Below are positions 1 through 15,000 of a stretch of DNA of 64,000 nucleotides, in pieces. The notes under the pieces are model-generated. The model was not told the origin of the DNA. It did no database searches and worked only from the letters and a program-made list of their open reading frames with translations. This stretch comes from Albugo candida (Eukaryota): assembly GCA_040437565.1 (NCBI GenBank), contig JBDOQK010000003.1, forward strand, positions 806,001 to 870,000, read 5' to 3'. Each line of letters begins with the position of its first letter. Within the stretch, counting starts at the first letter, position 1. Both the position numbers and the translations under genes were made by a program.

Positions 1-3000
1 GCATTGACAGCATCATCTTCGGTCAATTCGTCAACGGGTTCTGTCTCCTCATTCTTCGATTCCGCTTCTTGGTTCTGTGCTTCACAAGCTTCATCCTTAG
101 CTTCCGTGCCGTTGTTTTCTTGATCCTCATTTTTACCACGGATCTCATCTTCCATAGCCTGGGCGCCATCAGAGCGTGCATTTTCATCAAACTTCTCCTT
201 CTCAGGATCAACGTCTTCATTGTCATCGTCAGAATCTTCTCCCCACAGCTTATTGTCGACCAGATTCTCATCCTCCTGATCCACGTCACCCATTTCTCTA
301 TCCAGCTCCTCTCCGTCATCTTGCTCGTCTTCCTCTTCGTTGTCTTGATCTGGAGCATCCTGCATGGACCCTTCAAAATCATTTTCCATTTCCAACCCGG
401 TGTCATCTGGAGGCTGTTTTTCTGCAGATTCTGTCTCATTCGTCACTGGATCATCTCGAAGTCCGAGTAACTGCTCTTCATCCTCAATCTGATCACTCAC
501 ATCCTTCTTCCCTTCTCCTTGACCCATACCCGTGCCATCAAACTCCTTTCCAGCCTGCGTCTCACCGTCTTGTTCATTTTCGTCCTCTCCATCTTCCTCT
601 TGTCCTCGGCAAAATCCATGCTCTAGTAAGTTCCGGAACACGCGAATGATGATGTAATTAAACTTGACCACTGCCTTATGAGTCAGGATATAATTCACCA
701 AATATTGCCTGCTAATCAATTGGACCTGCACTATGGAAGGCAGCAGAGCTTGCAACGTTGAAAGACTACTCTTCAAAGTATTTCTCAAGTGATTACTGGA
801 GTCGTTCTGCGTCACTTTGTTGTACATTGACATTAGCATACTTTCCAGTGTGTTGAGATGCTCGAGAATTTCCCCAATGCGCGCCTGAGAGATGTCACGC
901 TCAAGTCTGTGCATCTGAGGAATTATTCCTTCTGGCTGGGTGACAGACTCACTCTCTTTCAGAGCCTGTACAGCCAGCAAGATTGTCTCTAATATCGAGT
1001 CGGACGCTCTTACGAAACGCTGAACGGTATCATCACTTGCATCATCTTTCGTCATAATGGCTTTTGATGCCGATTTTCCCAACCATATCGACTCTTGTTC
1101 ACTCATCTCTTCTACGTAGGGGATAAGCTCACCATAGCCAAAAGATGGAATGATTCGTGCTCGTGTCGTCGTTTCTCGAAGCTTGCACAAACAGCTGAGC
1201 AAACTGTCGATACCTTTTGCGTTCTCAATCAAAATGTCTCGTGATGGTGAGAATTGAGCGCTGACATTTGCCTCCAGCCTTTTGACTAATGCAAAGCCTT
1301 CCTGCAGAATCGACTTTATGGAATCTTTGGTCTCGCAAACGTACTCCGATGTCTCCATTGCGACATTAATCGTTGCTTCAAGTTCCCGCAGAGGTTGCTG
1401 AATATGCAAAATGGTCTCTTTCTGTCGAGCAAACCATTTTGTAACCATACACAAATCCTCTCCTTCCTTTTCCAAATGTATGTCACACCACGTCTTTAAT
1501 TCCCGAAATCGATCAAGAAACTCCACCAACTTGACATGCCGTCGAGTTGTTTGGAGCAGTACTTGACGCTGCTGGAGACAGATATGAAGCATATTCTCCG
1601 AGTATCCACGCAATTGTATCACCTCATGCAATGAAAGATCGGACGAGTACGCTTTCGACACTCGAAATCGTAGAGCTGTCACTTGCTCAACAAGGCGATA
1701 GTAATATAGCTCAGCTCGATCCCAGCTCCATTTCAAAGCTTTGTAGATACCCTCGCCTTTAGCCAATTTGGAAGCAAGTGTACTGATGCTTTTGCTTTCA
1801 GACAAGTCAAGCTCGAGATGTTTGATTTTAGGAGCTTCCAGTGTAAATAGATGCAGCATACACTGCAGCTGTGATGGTAACTGTGCCATCAAATGTCGAA
1901 AACCGTGAGCTTTAAGCTCACCTAATAAGTCCAATAACGCTTTTTTCTTGGCTCCTTTTGGTAGTCTATACGATCGATGCTCCTCAGCGTCACCTGTAGC
2001 CTTATTTGCCACAGCAGAAGCAGCCTCTTTGAACTTTCTCAGTCGTTCAAAGATGCTAGCACAAACCATCTCACACACAAAATGAACATTCTGACGTTGT
2101 AAAACATGTTCGGCATCCATAATGTCGCGTTGTGTGTACTTGATCACCTTTCTGGTCAGCTTTGGGAGTTGAGATAAATATTGACATTGAGAGACATAAC
2201 TATTGGAAATGTTAGTCATCCGATCGCTTGGAATTGTAACTGGTGAGAGATGTATAATAGGCACGTCAGCCTCTGAGAGAAACTCTAAATCATGAGCGTC
2301 ATGAAGCTCCTTCCACGTCACATCAATGGCTGTAAAGCCATCCGCTTGAGACACTTGACCATCCATTGCTCGATCCAAGAACGCTTGCATAGGACGAGCC
2401 AGTATGTCGTCCTCATATTCGCGACATAGCTTTGACAGCTTTCGATGAGACTTATCTGCCGATTCCTGGAGTGAGTAATACGTTTGTTCGTCCCAACGAC
2501 AGAGTTTACAGAATTCGACAAGCTTTTTCTGAATCCGAGCTTTCATACTATCCCACTCGTGCTTGATGAAGGGCCAATGCTGACTATAGTATCGACGCAA
2601 ATGATACAAAATATTCTTTACCTTCCATGCATGCAGCCAGTTACTTTGCTTACGTTGGTCGATAGATATGCTACTAATTTCGACGTCAAGCTGATTGTAA
2701 AAGGAGTCTAACAGCGTCAGACGTTGTTGAAACTGACCGAGCGAAGATGTACGAAGATACGCGTCGAGTGCATCAAAGAGATTGCAGAGCCATTCGTCCG
2801 TAGTTTCCTCAGCTGACGATGAAGCTAGAACCCAAACGCACCACGGAAGAACGTCCACAGATCGATATGTTTGAACATCTACATCACACTCTGCCTGCAA
2901 TTCGTTATTGCCAGTAAGGATCGAATATAAATGTGGCCATGTCTGTTTCGCCGCAGACCGAAACTTTTGCTCACGAAGTTCTAAAAGCTGTGGCCACGAA

Positions 3001-6000
3001 TGTAATTCTATTTGTCGCCATCGAGCCACAATTTGTGTCAGTGGTTGAAGCTCTTCCTTGATGGAGACTTGACTCGCAGCGTATGCTTCCCACTCTTGCG
3101 CTTTACGAAGCAACAATTGCACTGCTGATGAGGTTCGGCCCAAGGGCGAATCGATATCAAAATGTAATATTTGGATGGCAGTTGTCACGAGTTGCTGGAG
3201 AATTGCATGTTCCGGCCATTGTCGGAGCAAAGTCTGTAATTTGGTAAGCAATCGGAGGAGCGGTGAGGCGATGCGCATCATTTCATTCACATTGGAATCC
3301 CGCTGAAATGCCTTCACATTAGAATTGTGATTCAATTCCGCCTGACTGAGAATCGTAGTGAGATAAGTCAAATGAGCGATTTGTGTATCCAGACTCTTAT
3401 CGCGAGGCATGTTGCCCACAACGTGACGCACCTTGTGCATCATTGTGAATGCGCGCATCACGGTATCCCGGTCAAGGTAGGAGACTGACTGTCTGGTTTC
3501 ACCATACAATTGCTCATGATAAAAGCTGAAAATCTCGATGGTAGCTAGATCCATAATACAGCTGGATGCCGTCCCTGAGGCTACATCTTCGTTGCATGCG
3601 GTGTCGTCATTTATACCGAAATCCTGACTGATGTAATCCGGATATTCCTTTCGGAATTCGGCTTCTTTCATAGCTTCATCGGACAGGATTTCGGTCGTGC
3701 GTAATTTGTATTTCATAAATGCGTTTTCTTCCTTCTCCTTTGCTTCGATTTCATCCTTTTTCAATTGCCACAGCTTCAGAAAAGCATCAAACACAGCTCG
3801 CACGTCTTTCAAGCACGTTTTTTGCCCACATTTATACGATCGCAAAAGCCAATATAAGCTGTGCTCCATAAGCATCAAATCGACGTCTTCCTCACCAAAA
3901 AGATCATCCAATCGACTCTGTTCCAGCGACATTATCTTTAACATATAGCTTCTTGGCTTTTCATAATCACGAGGGATGATTGGAATGTTTGTTTGTGAGA
4001 GACTTTGTACAAGTTGATGCTTGGTCGTTCCCAGATAGTGCTCATTTTGCTTTTTATCGAGAAGAGAAGATGCCGTCAATGCAATTCCTTCTTTAATCAG
4101 ATGGATAGCGCCAAGAATAGGATCAAGAATGTCGTAAAAGCTGGGTCCATACTTGTGTCGCCATTGCCGTAACACTGACTCCACTGTCTTGTCAATGCCA
4201 TCTACTTCATCAAGCAGCTGTTGACACTCTGAAAGTGATAAAGGTGACGTATTGGGCACTTTAAGCAGCTTCGATGCCGCCGTTAGAATCGCACGGATTC
4301 GTTCCGACGAAAGTATCGTCTTTTGAAGTTGCTGGATATCCCAAAAAAGCTCTGTAAACTGAGTACTTGGAACCGAGCAAGCACTACTGTCCTTCACCTC
4401 GAACCGCTCTATGGCGACCAGCTTTAGCTTCTCGGCAGCTTTGTGTGTGACCGCAAGTGCACTTTTTGGACAGAGTAGGTGATGATCAACAAGACCGGAA
4501 TCAATAGCGACTTGATCTGCAGCGTGTTGGAAAGTGTGCACTGCGAGACGTTCGAGCAAAGCCTTCTTCTTCAAAACAGCTTTTGCCAACGGGTCCACCG
4601 GAACACTAGGACTCAGCAATTTTACTCTGAGTAAGCCCAAATGAGCAAATATGCTCCCTATCGAGAGCTCGGATGCATTCGCCTGATTGCATTCGGACAA
4701 TAACGGAACGATGAGAGATCGTACGTGTGTATTGAGACAGGAGTCATTCCATCTTAATAACAGATCCGTCAACGTCTGTGGCTGAAATGTTGAATGTGCT
4801 TCTCGGAAGAGGTTTATTTGTGAACGGATCTGTCGATATAACTCCATCTTGTCGGATGGTATTGCTTTAAAAAACGCCAAAAGAGTGTAAATAAGAAGCT
4901 CTTTACCATATTGGAAAGTAAGATGTTGCGTGTCAGACGTCTGGAGATCGAATAAGTAGTCTCTCAAGCCTTTCATACGAGACACCTGATAGTACGATTC
5001 GATCAGTGCACAGCCGGATGATGAAGAGCTTGTTGAGGTCTTCACACAGCATTCCAATTGCCGTAAAAGCTCAGCTCCATCTCCATTACGAAACATCTGC
5101 GGAAATCCTCTCATCTTTTTGTATTGTAAAGATGTCAATGTACTCGTAAAAGAATTTCCGCTCCTCTTTCCATTCCCGCTCGAATGCACTAACAAACTCA
5201 ATATCTCTGGATTTTGTGAGCTGCTAATGCGCAGAAATCGATGCGTATCCGCCACGATCGTTGTCAAATACTGTCGTAATCGCGTCACATATTGGCGTAC
5301 TAGCTCTTGTGAGCAAGATACTTGTAGAGCTTTGCCTTGCCAAATCAGATCTTGATAGATAAATATACTTGCAGGGGATCGCGTTTGTAGACGCAAAAGC
5401 GCTTTCACACATTCTCTTAGCGTCTGTAGCATCGAATCAATCCTTTCCTTGACAAAAGTAAGATAGCTATCTTCCAAATCGAAAGCATTCACAATGCCAA
5501 GTACGGAGACAATGACGAGTAATTCAAGGCGCAAAGCTCTTGATTCATAAAGAGCGCTCAGTTGGACATTGACGATAGCTTGCTTCATTCGTGTTGCGAT
5601 AGGATCACTTTCCGTATGGTCAAAGAGCAGAATCGGCCTGCCGAGCGGTACACTGCTCACACTGGGGTCTTGATCAGCCTTGAGTGACACAAGGCTAACT
5701 GCTTCAACATCCTCATCGGTATCGCCATATGCGTCTCCAGAGAAGCCCCGACGTTCGTTGAGATAAAACACTCGATCATGTAGCCACTTTGTCACGAAGT
5801 CACGTTGTCGTGTGAGTTTTTCGAGTAGTAAGGCTGGATATTCAAGCACTTTATTCTGCTTCAATAGACCATTTTCACCATTCCGTAGATAGTTGCACTC
5901 GCAGAAGGCATGCATCAATTCTTCGCGATCAGATTGCTCCGTGAATAAGATCGGATGAACTCTCACCAATGACTTTTGTACTTGCGGTGTCTGCTGATGT

Positions 6001-9000
6001 GCCGCTGTATCCAAGTCATAGATCAGCGTCCAAATAGTAAGTGTATTCGGTTCCGCATTTTGACCGCACTGAAGGGATTCCAATCGATGTTCCAGAGAGA
6101 AATAAGCAGTGGCTATATATTCTAATGTCTTCCACGCGAGCCATTCTTCGGCGTTTGCGGGTAATAAAGCATGTCCTCCATACTTCCACAACGTCATTTT
6201 GCGCGACTTGGAGCCCAAAAGGGTATCCAACCTTGACTGAACATCTTCAAATTGATCCAAAAGAGAACGTAACGACAAGCATTCGAGCAATACTGGTCGC
6301 CAGGTTTTGTACAGCCAGCTCCAAAAGATCAAAAAGCGAGTCCAATCGAAGACTTTTGCTTTACAATTTGCCGGTATTGAGTCCAGGATCAAGATGAAAA
6401 CGGATTTTTTCCAGAGGAGCTCTTCGAGCTGCTCGATGTGAGGTAGATCAAGTGCTAAGGATACGATGGATTGCTCCATTCCTCGAAGTAATGTGTAGAG
6501 CGTGGAAAAGAGTCTGAATTCGTCTGGATTTTCCCGAAGGCGCATTATCAGTCCTTGCAACGATCTATACCTGACGTTATTGCCTCCATTGCTCGCAACC
6601 TCACGTGCCTGTGGATGATGAAGCAAATAGATCTGCTGGAGAAGCGTCCAGGACGGCTCTGGTGTTGCAACTTTCACACGCTTGCTACTCGGCTGATCAC
6701 CTTCATGCTTTTGACCATGCGATAACGAGGCGTCAAGTACAGCTCGAATCGCCACATCAACAGCGTTATACTGCTCTACTTGACAAAAGCGGTACCATTC
6801 AAATCGGAGCAAGAGATCAAGCATCTCCTGCTTTGGCTGGTACGACAATGCTTCAAATTTGCTTAATAGCTGTGTATAGATCGACTTGCTGCTCAGACAT
6901 TCGCGTAGAAAACGACCGAAAAGTTTGTACCACGCGATATCGACCGAGGTCTTCCATTTGTATTGAAGAAATTTGTGATATAGGAAGGTCAGCTGGTTAG
7001 ACAACATCGATGGTTTCTGCTTGTATAGATTGCATTGCAATGATGAGATAATGCGGAGAATGGAGAACGGAGAAAGCGCAAGACGATCTGAAAGTCTATC
7101 GAAAACCCGCGCTGGGTACAAATGTTTCTGAGCCTGTAATAGCACCTGAGTTGATGTGCTTGATTCAGACCCAGCTAGACAGTCTGGCCATATAATCTCT
7201 CCTTCGTAGCTGCTGTGGACGGAAGCTTTAGAAGATAGCAGCAAGTTTAATTGCCAAAAGTGGCGTTCCAGTACCCATTGCTCACAATCTTGACCAACGG
7301 CAAATACGGTCGAAGTAGATGCTGTCGGTGCTGTCAGTGCTTCGAAAGGCATTCGAACGAGTTTAATTCCATCTTCGCTTTCGTCTGTTTCGCTAGCTTC
7401 AGCTAGTATCGATGCTAGAATGGATGCAATCTGTGGGATCTGAAGAAGATCTCTTCCATATGCTCTTTCAAATGACCGATGAAGAGCGAAGCGCATGGAA
7501 ACCATTCTTGCCCGCTCATTTTGAAGAAGCTGTGCCCAATTTGCCAGATTTCGGTCATTGATGTCAGACAAGTTGACACCGAGTGAAGAGATTTTAAAAC
7601 TCTGTCGGGTTTTGGACGAGTGTTGGATTCCCAATATCTCAGAATGCACAGCTACCATTCTTTCCACAAGCTCTCGACTTACAATGCCACAGGCAGCCAC
7701 AATGTGCTTACAGTCCATAATCCGAGCACATTCCTTCCCAATGGATGGCGAGTAAGGCAATGGTATGAGCGCTATCTCCACACAACGATTTCTCATCGCT
7801 CTGGAAATCTCGCCATGTTGTGCGTCCATTGACAGAAATATTCGAAAGTCGGGATGTGGCTTGATGATCCGCAATTGACCTCTCACGAGTCCACATTCGT
7901 TCACTACAAGTTCTCCATTCGGTTCCAGTAAGGCGTTCAGACGGTCCAACACGGATGCCGGACAAAAGTTGACGTTTTCAAGTAGAACCCAGTCACCGCA
8001 TTTCATCGCTTGTAATAAAGTGCCATCAACCCATTCGAATTGAGCGGCGTTACTTGTACAAGCACTATTTTTCACCATTTTCGATAAGTGATCAAATTCC
8101 GCTCTGAGACCTTTCAAATTGTGTCGATCACTGAATGGAGATAATAGGCTTAACAACTCTGCTATTCGGTGCATTTGCTGGGTACTTTTTATGGTCTGAG
8201 AAGAGGAAGCACGCTCAGCATTTGCTGCAGATATTTCGACCCTGTCCTCTTTATAGATTCTCATCAATGCAGACCACAAGGCCGTCGTGTCTGCTATCGT
8301 TGTACGGAGACTCTCACTTTGTCCAGCAAATCGCTCCTCGGTCAAATGAACCATCATGCCCGGTAGAATGACCTCGGATACCATAACAACTCTCTGGTGT
8401 AGAGAGAGCACGAGTCTGTTCAAATCCACTTGTTCAAAGCAGCCAAGTAGCTCCGATGCATCGAAACCGGCGCTGAGTACGATCTCATGCAATTTGTGAC
8501 CTGTTAGAGACGCCAATAATCTGACACTACCGCTTTTCCCACTAGCTGGTGGGCCGACCAACAACGCAGGCCAATCTCGATTCACACAATGGATAAGAGC
8601 TTCCATGGGTCGCCATAATGTCTGTAGTGACACAGGTGGGATAGAGCGTACCGAGTGAAGGTTTAAGGCTCCTTTCCGAGCAAGAACAGCACGGCCAACA
8701 CGAAGTTCATTCGGTGAAAGATCAAGTGCGACTGGATACGCTTCCAGCCACGTTGAGTCATGCTGAGGAAGAAGCATTGTGAGTCGTTCTCTAGCTCGAT
8801 CTCGATCCGATTGGAGTCGAAAGCGATTGATATAGACGAGATTCGCGTAATACATTGCACATTTCTGGACAGAGTCTGAAGTATCTAAATCCGGAAGTCG
8901 ATTGATATGCTCCTTGATGAGTTCACACAGCCTTAGAATGTCACGTAAATTGAACTCCCAGGGAGCTCCCTGTCGGCCATATGAATGGGTAATCATCGTA

Positions 9001-12000
9001 TCCTTGTGTATCGTCATTGTGAACTGAACAAGTAGCGTTAAAAGCCCAATCTTCGACCCATCTTTCTGGTCTACAATCAGCTCCTGTAGCTCGGGATATA
9101 GGCTTTCTGAAATAAAAAGAAGATCACTTTCTTCAAGACATTCAACAAGGACCCGAGTGAATCGATTCAGAAATGATTTCGGAAGTCCTTTGCGCCCTCC
9201 TCCTTGTCGTAGTGGATTTTGTGCACCAAAAATGCGAAAGTCTGGTGAACAAGCAAATGACTTGTCTAGTTCGGGAATGTAGACAGTTCCACGATGATCC
9301 AGACACGCGTTGAGACCTTCTAAAACCGACTGGGAGGCGAGGTTCAGTTCGTCAAGAAGGATCCAGCCACCAGCTTTTAGCGCTCGTAGGAAGACGCCAT
9401 CGGACCACTCAAAGACTCCACAAAAATCTTGATTTATTTCGTCGTTTTCAGTCGTATTTGTAGGAGCTGGAAGGTCTGAGCCAAACAAGTCCGAAATGTC
9501 TGTCTGCTCGGAAAGATTTATGCGAACTAAATGGTGTCCAGAGGCCTGCGCTAAGGCTTGGATCAAACTTGATTTGCCAACACCAGGCGAGCCTTCCAGC
9601 AAGATGGGCCGTCGGACTTGCAGACCACGAAGCACACGAAAGAGATTGGAATAGGTTGCTGGTGATCGAATGGAAAACATCATCGGTTTTTGACCAAGCT
9701 CCTTTCGAGGAATAAAGAATGGAGAGATACCGAAAAGCTTGTCATTTGAAACCATTTCGTTTGATGCTGAAAGTGCTGAAATCAAATTGCTGTCTGCCAT
9801 GTTTTGAATGATCTGGAGACTGAGTAGTGCTTGTTGTCTTCCTGAAGATTGAGCCTGAGGAATCATTTCCAGCAGCTTCTTGTACGCTTCATCTCTGATA
9901 CGACTAATAATTTGTGGAGGCTGATCTAGACCCAAGCCGAGACCATCAAGGACAGCCAAAGCCGCACCTTGAACGAATGCCACCCACTTGTCAGCATTTG
10001 GACGCTCGTTACTTCCCTCTTTAGTTACTTCTTGAATAAAGTGTATCCACGTCAATACATCGCGCAAAGTGATCGATACACCGCCACGCCCACCGACGCG
10101 GCCGAAATGGTTGAAATACTCGATAAAGTCTAAAATAGGACCGCACAACGGCTCCAAATGAAGACTTTTTGGGAATCGTACTAATCGGTCGTGAACAAAG
10201 ACTTGGAATTCGTTCAGATTGGCAGCCGATGGGACCCAGATCTCAGTAAATCGATTTCGGAGTGCCGGAGAGAGCTCCCGTTTACCAAAGTCACCTCCAG
10301 GGTTCATAGTGGCCAAGATTCGCCATTTTGGATGGGCTTTGACTTCCTCTACAGAATCGCCTTTTTCACTCAGTAAGAGTGTACGAGTGGGTTCGAGCAC
10401 AGAGTTGAGACGTTCGAGGACAGCATCTTGCGCCAAATTGACTTCATCGAGTAGCAGAATACCACCTTCTTTCATTGATTTAACTAAGGGACCATCATAC
10501 CATTCAAAAATACACCCATAACGTTGTATCAAGCAATCCATCGACACGATCAATGCTTGGAATTCTTCATCGGCTATCCGTAAGAGCTCTGGTTTCAGCC
10601 TTTGGTACAAAGTGATCACATTGTCCACCGTTGCGTCGGCCTTTGTCTCGAGTTGGTCAAGCTCTCTTTGAATCATGCACGATATCTCAATGGTGGATCG
10701 TTGCAAGTAGCTCACCAGACGCCGTAAAGACGCCTTGAGCTCAATTGCCAGTTCTTCTTTCTTGCGATTCGGACGAAAGCAACCAACAATGTCGGACGTT
10801 TCTGTGTTTTGATGGCAATTGAAAAGGTAAAGTGGTTGTTGGAGCAATAGCGCGTATAGCTGGCACACTGTTGTCTTTCCCGAACCAGTCTCACCGACAA
10901 GTAGCACGGGTTCTCCATGCTGTAGACACCTACCGACCAGAGAAAATAGTCGTCGTAGTGACTTGGTGACGCTGATTTGTTCCAGTCCAGCAGCAGCAGA
11001 ATACTCTCCACTGTGAATCATCTCCTGCACCGATTGAAAGTGAGCGGCTGTGCCCCAAATCGCCTCCCTTTCAATCTCTCCAGTTTCATTCACAACGCCT
11101 TGGTCGTAGTCGTCACGAGATTGCTGTCCATCGTAAAGCGCGTCAATGTTGAGCTGCACATTGCATTTCTCCTCAAGGACTTGGCGAATTACGGTTTTCT
11201 CTTCGTCCTTGCGCAGACGTTCCGCTAGAAGACAGTATCCCTGTTCAGCCAGCTGGAGTTTGGTTAATGGTCGACGTTCGGCCCAACGGAGAAGATCACG
11301 GGTCGTGATGTAGCCGCTTTTGCCTGCGAATAAATGTGATTGTTGTCGTCGATATTGTAAGACTTTCATGATTTCTATCAAAAGACTGCAGAACGAAGGT
11401 GGAATGGCACAACGTTGACACAAAATCTCTTCTAATTCTTTTGATGGAACCTCTTCCATTTGTATTTCAAGGAATCGATTTCGAAACGCTTTGGATAAGA
11501 TTTTACGTCCACCATAAAGTCCCGGCGGATTCTGCGTCGCAAACAGTAGAAATCGATCGTTTGGCCGTATGACTTCTTGTGTCTCCGTTATAAACAACTC
11601 ACGATGATCGTCCAGCAATCGATTAAGGGCTTCCAAGACATCGGTTGGCGCCAAATTGAGCTCATCCAGAATGATCCACCATCCATTTCGAACTGCTTGT
11701 ACCAGGCCGCCTTCACGGAAAACAAGCTTCCCAGTCTTCGGATCCGATACGTATGCCCCCAAGTACTCTTGCAGATCGGTGTGTTCGTGGTTGTTGATAC
11801 GGATACACTTTTGACCGATACGTTGAGCCAAATACATAATCAGTGAAGTCTTTCCAGCAGATGTAGGACCTTGGAGTAAGACTGGGAACTTCCCGATCAT
11901 TGCTGCGCGCGCAATGTGGCACAGATTCGCTTCTACTGTTTTGGTCAATACGAACTGCTTTTGATTTGTCAGTGGATCGGCTACACTCCAATCATTCGGT

Positions 12001-15000
12001 TCGCAGTACGATGTCTTTGGAATCCAGTAAGACTGAACCAGGACGTACTCGTGTTGGCTCTGACGGCCTCCAGGTCGTGGAGGAGCTCGGGACAATTCTT
12101 TCGGCTTGAGTTGCTTTGCAAATGTGGAACGAATCTTTTGCTCGATAAACGTTCGTGAATCATGATCGAGTAAGGTGCAAAATGTGCTGGAAAAAGCTTC
12201 ATACAGAGTACGGGGTATTCCATACCCTCGCTGGACCAAAATATTTGCAATGTATAACGCACGACAAAGCGTTCGGAGAGAATATCGGGGCTTTTGGTTC
12301 GCTCCATCACTCAGTCTGGTGTCAGCAAGCTGCTTTGTCTCGAGGTAGAACGACACGATTGTCTGCGAAAGACTTTTGTTATCCCCGTCGGTAGCTTGGA
12401 ACGCAAGTGTGTGTTCCACAACTTGCATCAAGTCCTGTGGTGAGAGGCATTCATCGACGTATATCTCTGTGAATCGATGGCGTAAGGATGGTGGAAGATC
12501 GCGTTTGCCAACGTCCGTTGACGGATTCATTGATCCGAAAATACGAAAATTTGGATGAGGTTTGATACTTTCGACATCGCCGCGTTCCACAATCGAAAAA
12601 GCCGATTGATCGCTTTCCAATAATGTGCTAATTCGTTCTAATGTCTCTGCTGACGCCAAGTTGATCTCATCCAGAAGTATCCAGTGTCCATGGCGAAGTG
12701 CTTGCACTAAAACACCTTCGACAAATTGGAAGGCGAAATGATTCTCAATTTGCTCTTTTTGACGCTCAAAACGATCGAGATCGAAATGGAAGGTGTCCCA
12801 AGCCGATAACAAAGACTTTGGATGGGATACCATGCATTTCTGCCTCTTTACAATTGGGCTGTCGTTCGACTGCCAAGCAGTTTGTTTGTTGGTGAGAGAC
12901 TTACGTGCCATGACGACCGCTTTACGAAGCCCTCGAAGGAATTTTTTCCAGTCTTTTTGTTTCCATGCGTCATGAACAAGGCTGAGATACGCTGTATTGC
13001 TTTTTTGAGAGAATGTAGACGTAAATAAATCGACAAATTGCAAGTACAAAGGCCTGGCGATCAGCGCGAGCTCTACGGGCTTATATCCACCGATCAAGTC
13101 ACTACTTTCACTTTGAATGTTGAGATTCTGCACAGCCAAAGGCTGGTTCAATGAAGCAGCTAAATGCTGGATCATAGCTGTCTTCCCGCAACCTGTTTCA
13201 CCAATTAAGAGCACAGGCTCTCCAATATCAACCGCAGCCGATATTTTTTCCAGAAAACGAAGTGTGTGCTTGGTCATTACGAGCCGGGTACTAGAAGTTG
13301 GCATCACAATATTGTCTGGGCGTACTGGTTGCGTCGGTAGACTAACGCGGCCAATTTTGATGCCATACTCATTGCTCGATACTGCGGGTTTTTGCTCCGA
13401 AACGTAATGCTGCACTCGTGAGCATTCAATGTCCCACAAAGTTCCAACGATGCACGCCGCTTGGATTCGGGTTGTGGCGTCACGGATACCCGCACAAAAC
13501 ACATCGATTGCTTCGACCAAAATATGAAATCGATCTTCTTCGGTCACATATCCGTTTCGACTCGCGTTGGAGTTTTCTATCGCTTCAGCATAGCAAAATG
13601 TACAGATTCGATTGCACCATTTGAGAAGGTCACGAAGACTGAACGCCCGCCCGTAATCACGTCGAGCCATTTTCCACAAATGCATCGTATTGTCCTCATT
13701 GCTTTCACACGTCACGACACGAAATGTCTTCATAATGCGATCCATTAAAAACAAAGGTATCGAGGCATAAGACGCTTTTAAAATCTCAATGTACTCGTTT
13801 TGCGATAAGATATCCATATCGATGACTGCCCACGCTGAAAATTGCCATCGCTTCCTATTCTGATGTCCTGCAATTGTTGCGATGAACTGAAAATTTGCAT
13901 GTGCTTTAATGTTCTCACCACCACGCCCGGGGATTTCCATCTCCCCTGACTCTAGAAGCGGATCCAAAGCAGCCAGCAGTTCGAATGGTGCACGATCAAC
14001 GTCTTCGATGAGAATCCATTTACCTTGACGTGCAGCCGTAGTGATAGCGCCAGGTTGCCATATAAATTCTCCTTGTATATCGGTGCACACATACGATCCG
14101 AATAACGTTTTCGTGTCAGTCTGATCATCCAAATGAATCTCTAATAAGTTGTTTCGATTCCCCGATAAACGAGCAACTTCTCGAATCACAGCGGTCTTGC
14201 CGCTTCCACTTGGTCCTGTCAGTAAAATAGGTTGCCGAGATTGGATCGCTATTGCAAGGGACTGAATGTTCTTCTTCGTAGATTGCGTCATTATGATGTT
14301 TTTATAAGTTCGTGTAGCGTCCTCGTCCCTGAGATGCTGAAATGCAAGAGACAACCTGTCTTGAAATACGACGCCAAAGATATTGTGCAAAGACTCATGA
14401 GGTTGAATGGGAACTATCTGATCGCTTTCCGAAAACTGCTTGATGAAGATTTTATCCAAGGCGCCATTTTCAAGCAGAGTTACCGAAGCTTCTTCGTATC
14501 GAGAAGCTCGCTCAAATTCTTCAATTGAAGCTCTGATAAGATCAGAATGATTAGGATCCAAGCAGTTGTCCTTGGCAATTGCCCTTGCAGCTTGAGCAGC
14601 AAGACCCTCTGCGTCTAGCTTTAATGACTTTAAGAGATGTGTTCGAGTTTGATTTGACATATTCAATACTATCGCTGCCGAACGTGCCGCAAACCACCGT
14701 AATTGGCAATCCGAATGGAAGCAGAATCGCATGAGGATGGAGTAATCCCAAGTGCTTCGGAAATCCAAGGGATACATGCTCAGTAAACGATAAACGGTCT
14801 GGAGAATACACAATTGGCGTTCTCTAGTCTCATTCTCTAATGCATTATCTGCTTGCGTGAAGCTCAAAAGATCGAGAAATCCGCTAGTGCTGTTACAAAA
14901 TTGCAAAGCGATTGGCAGCTCATTGGGAAGGAGCCGTAAGACGTTCGATAATGCAGCTATGATAAGCTGTTTTGCATGTGAGAGATCACGGCAACGGGTA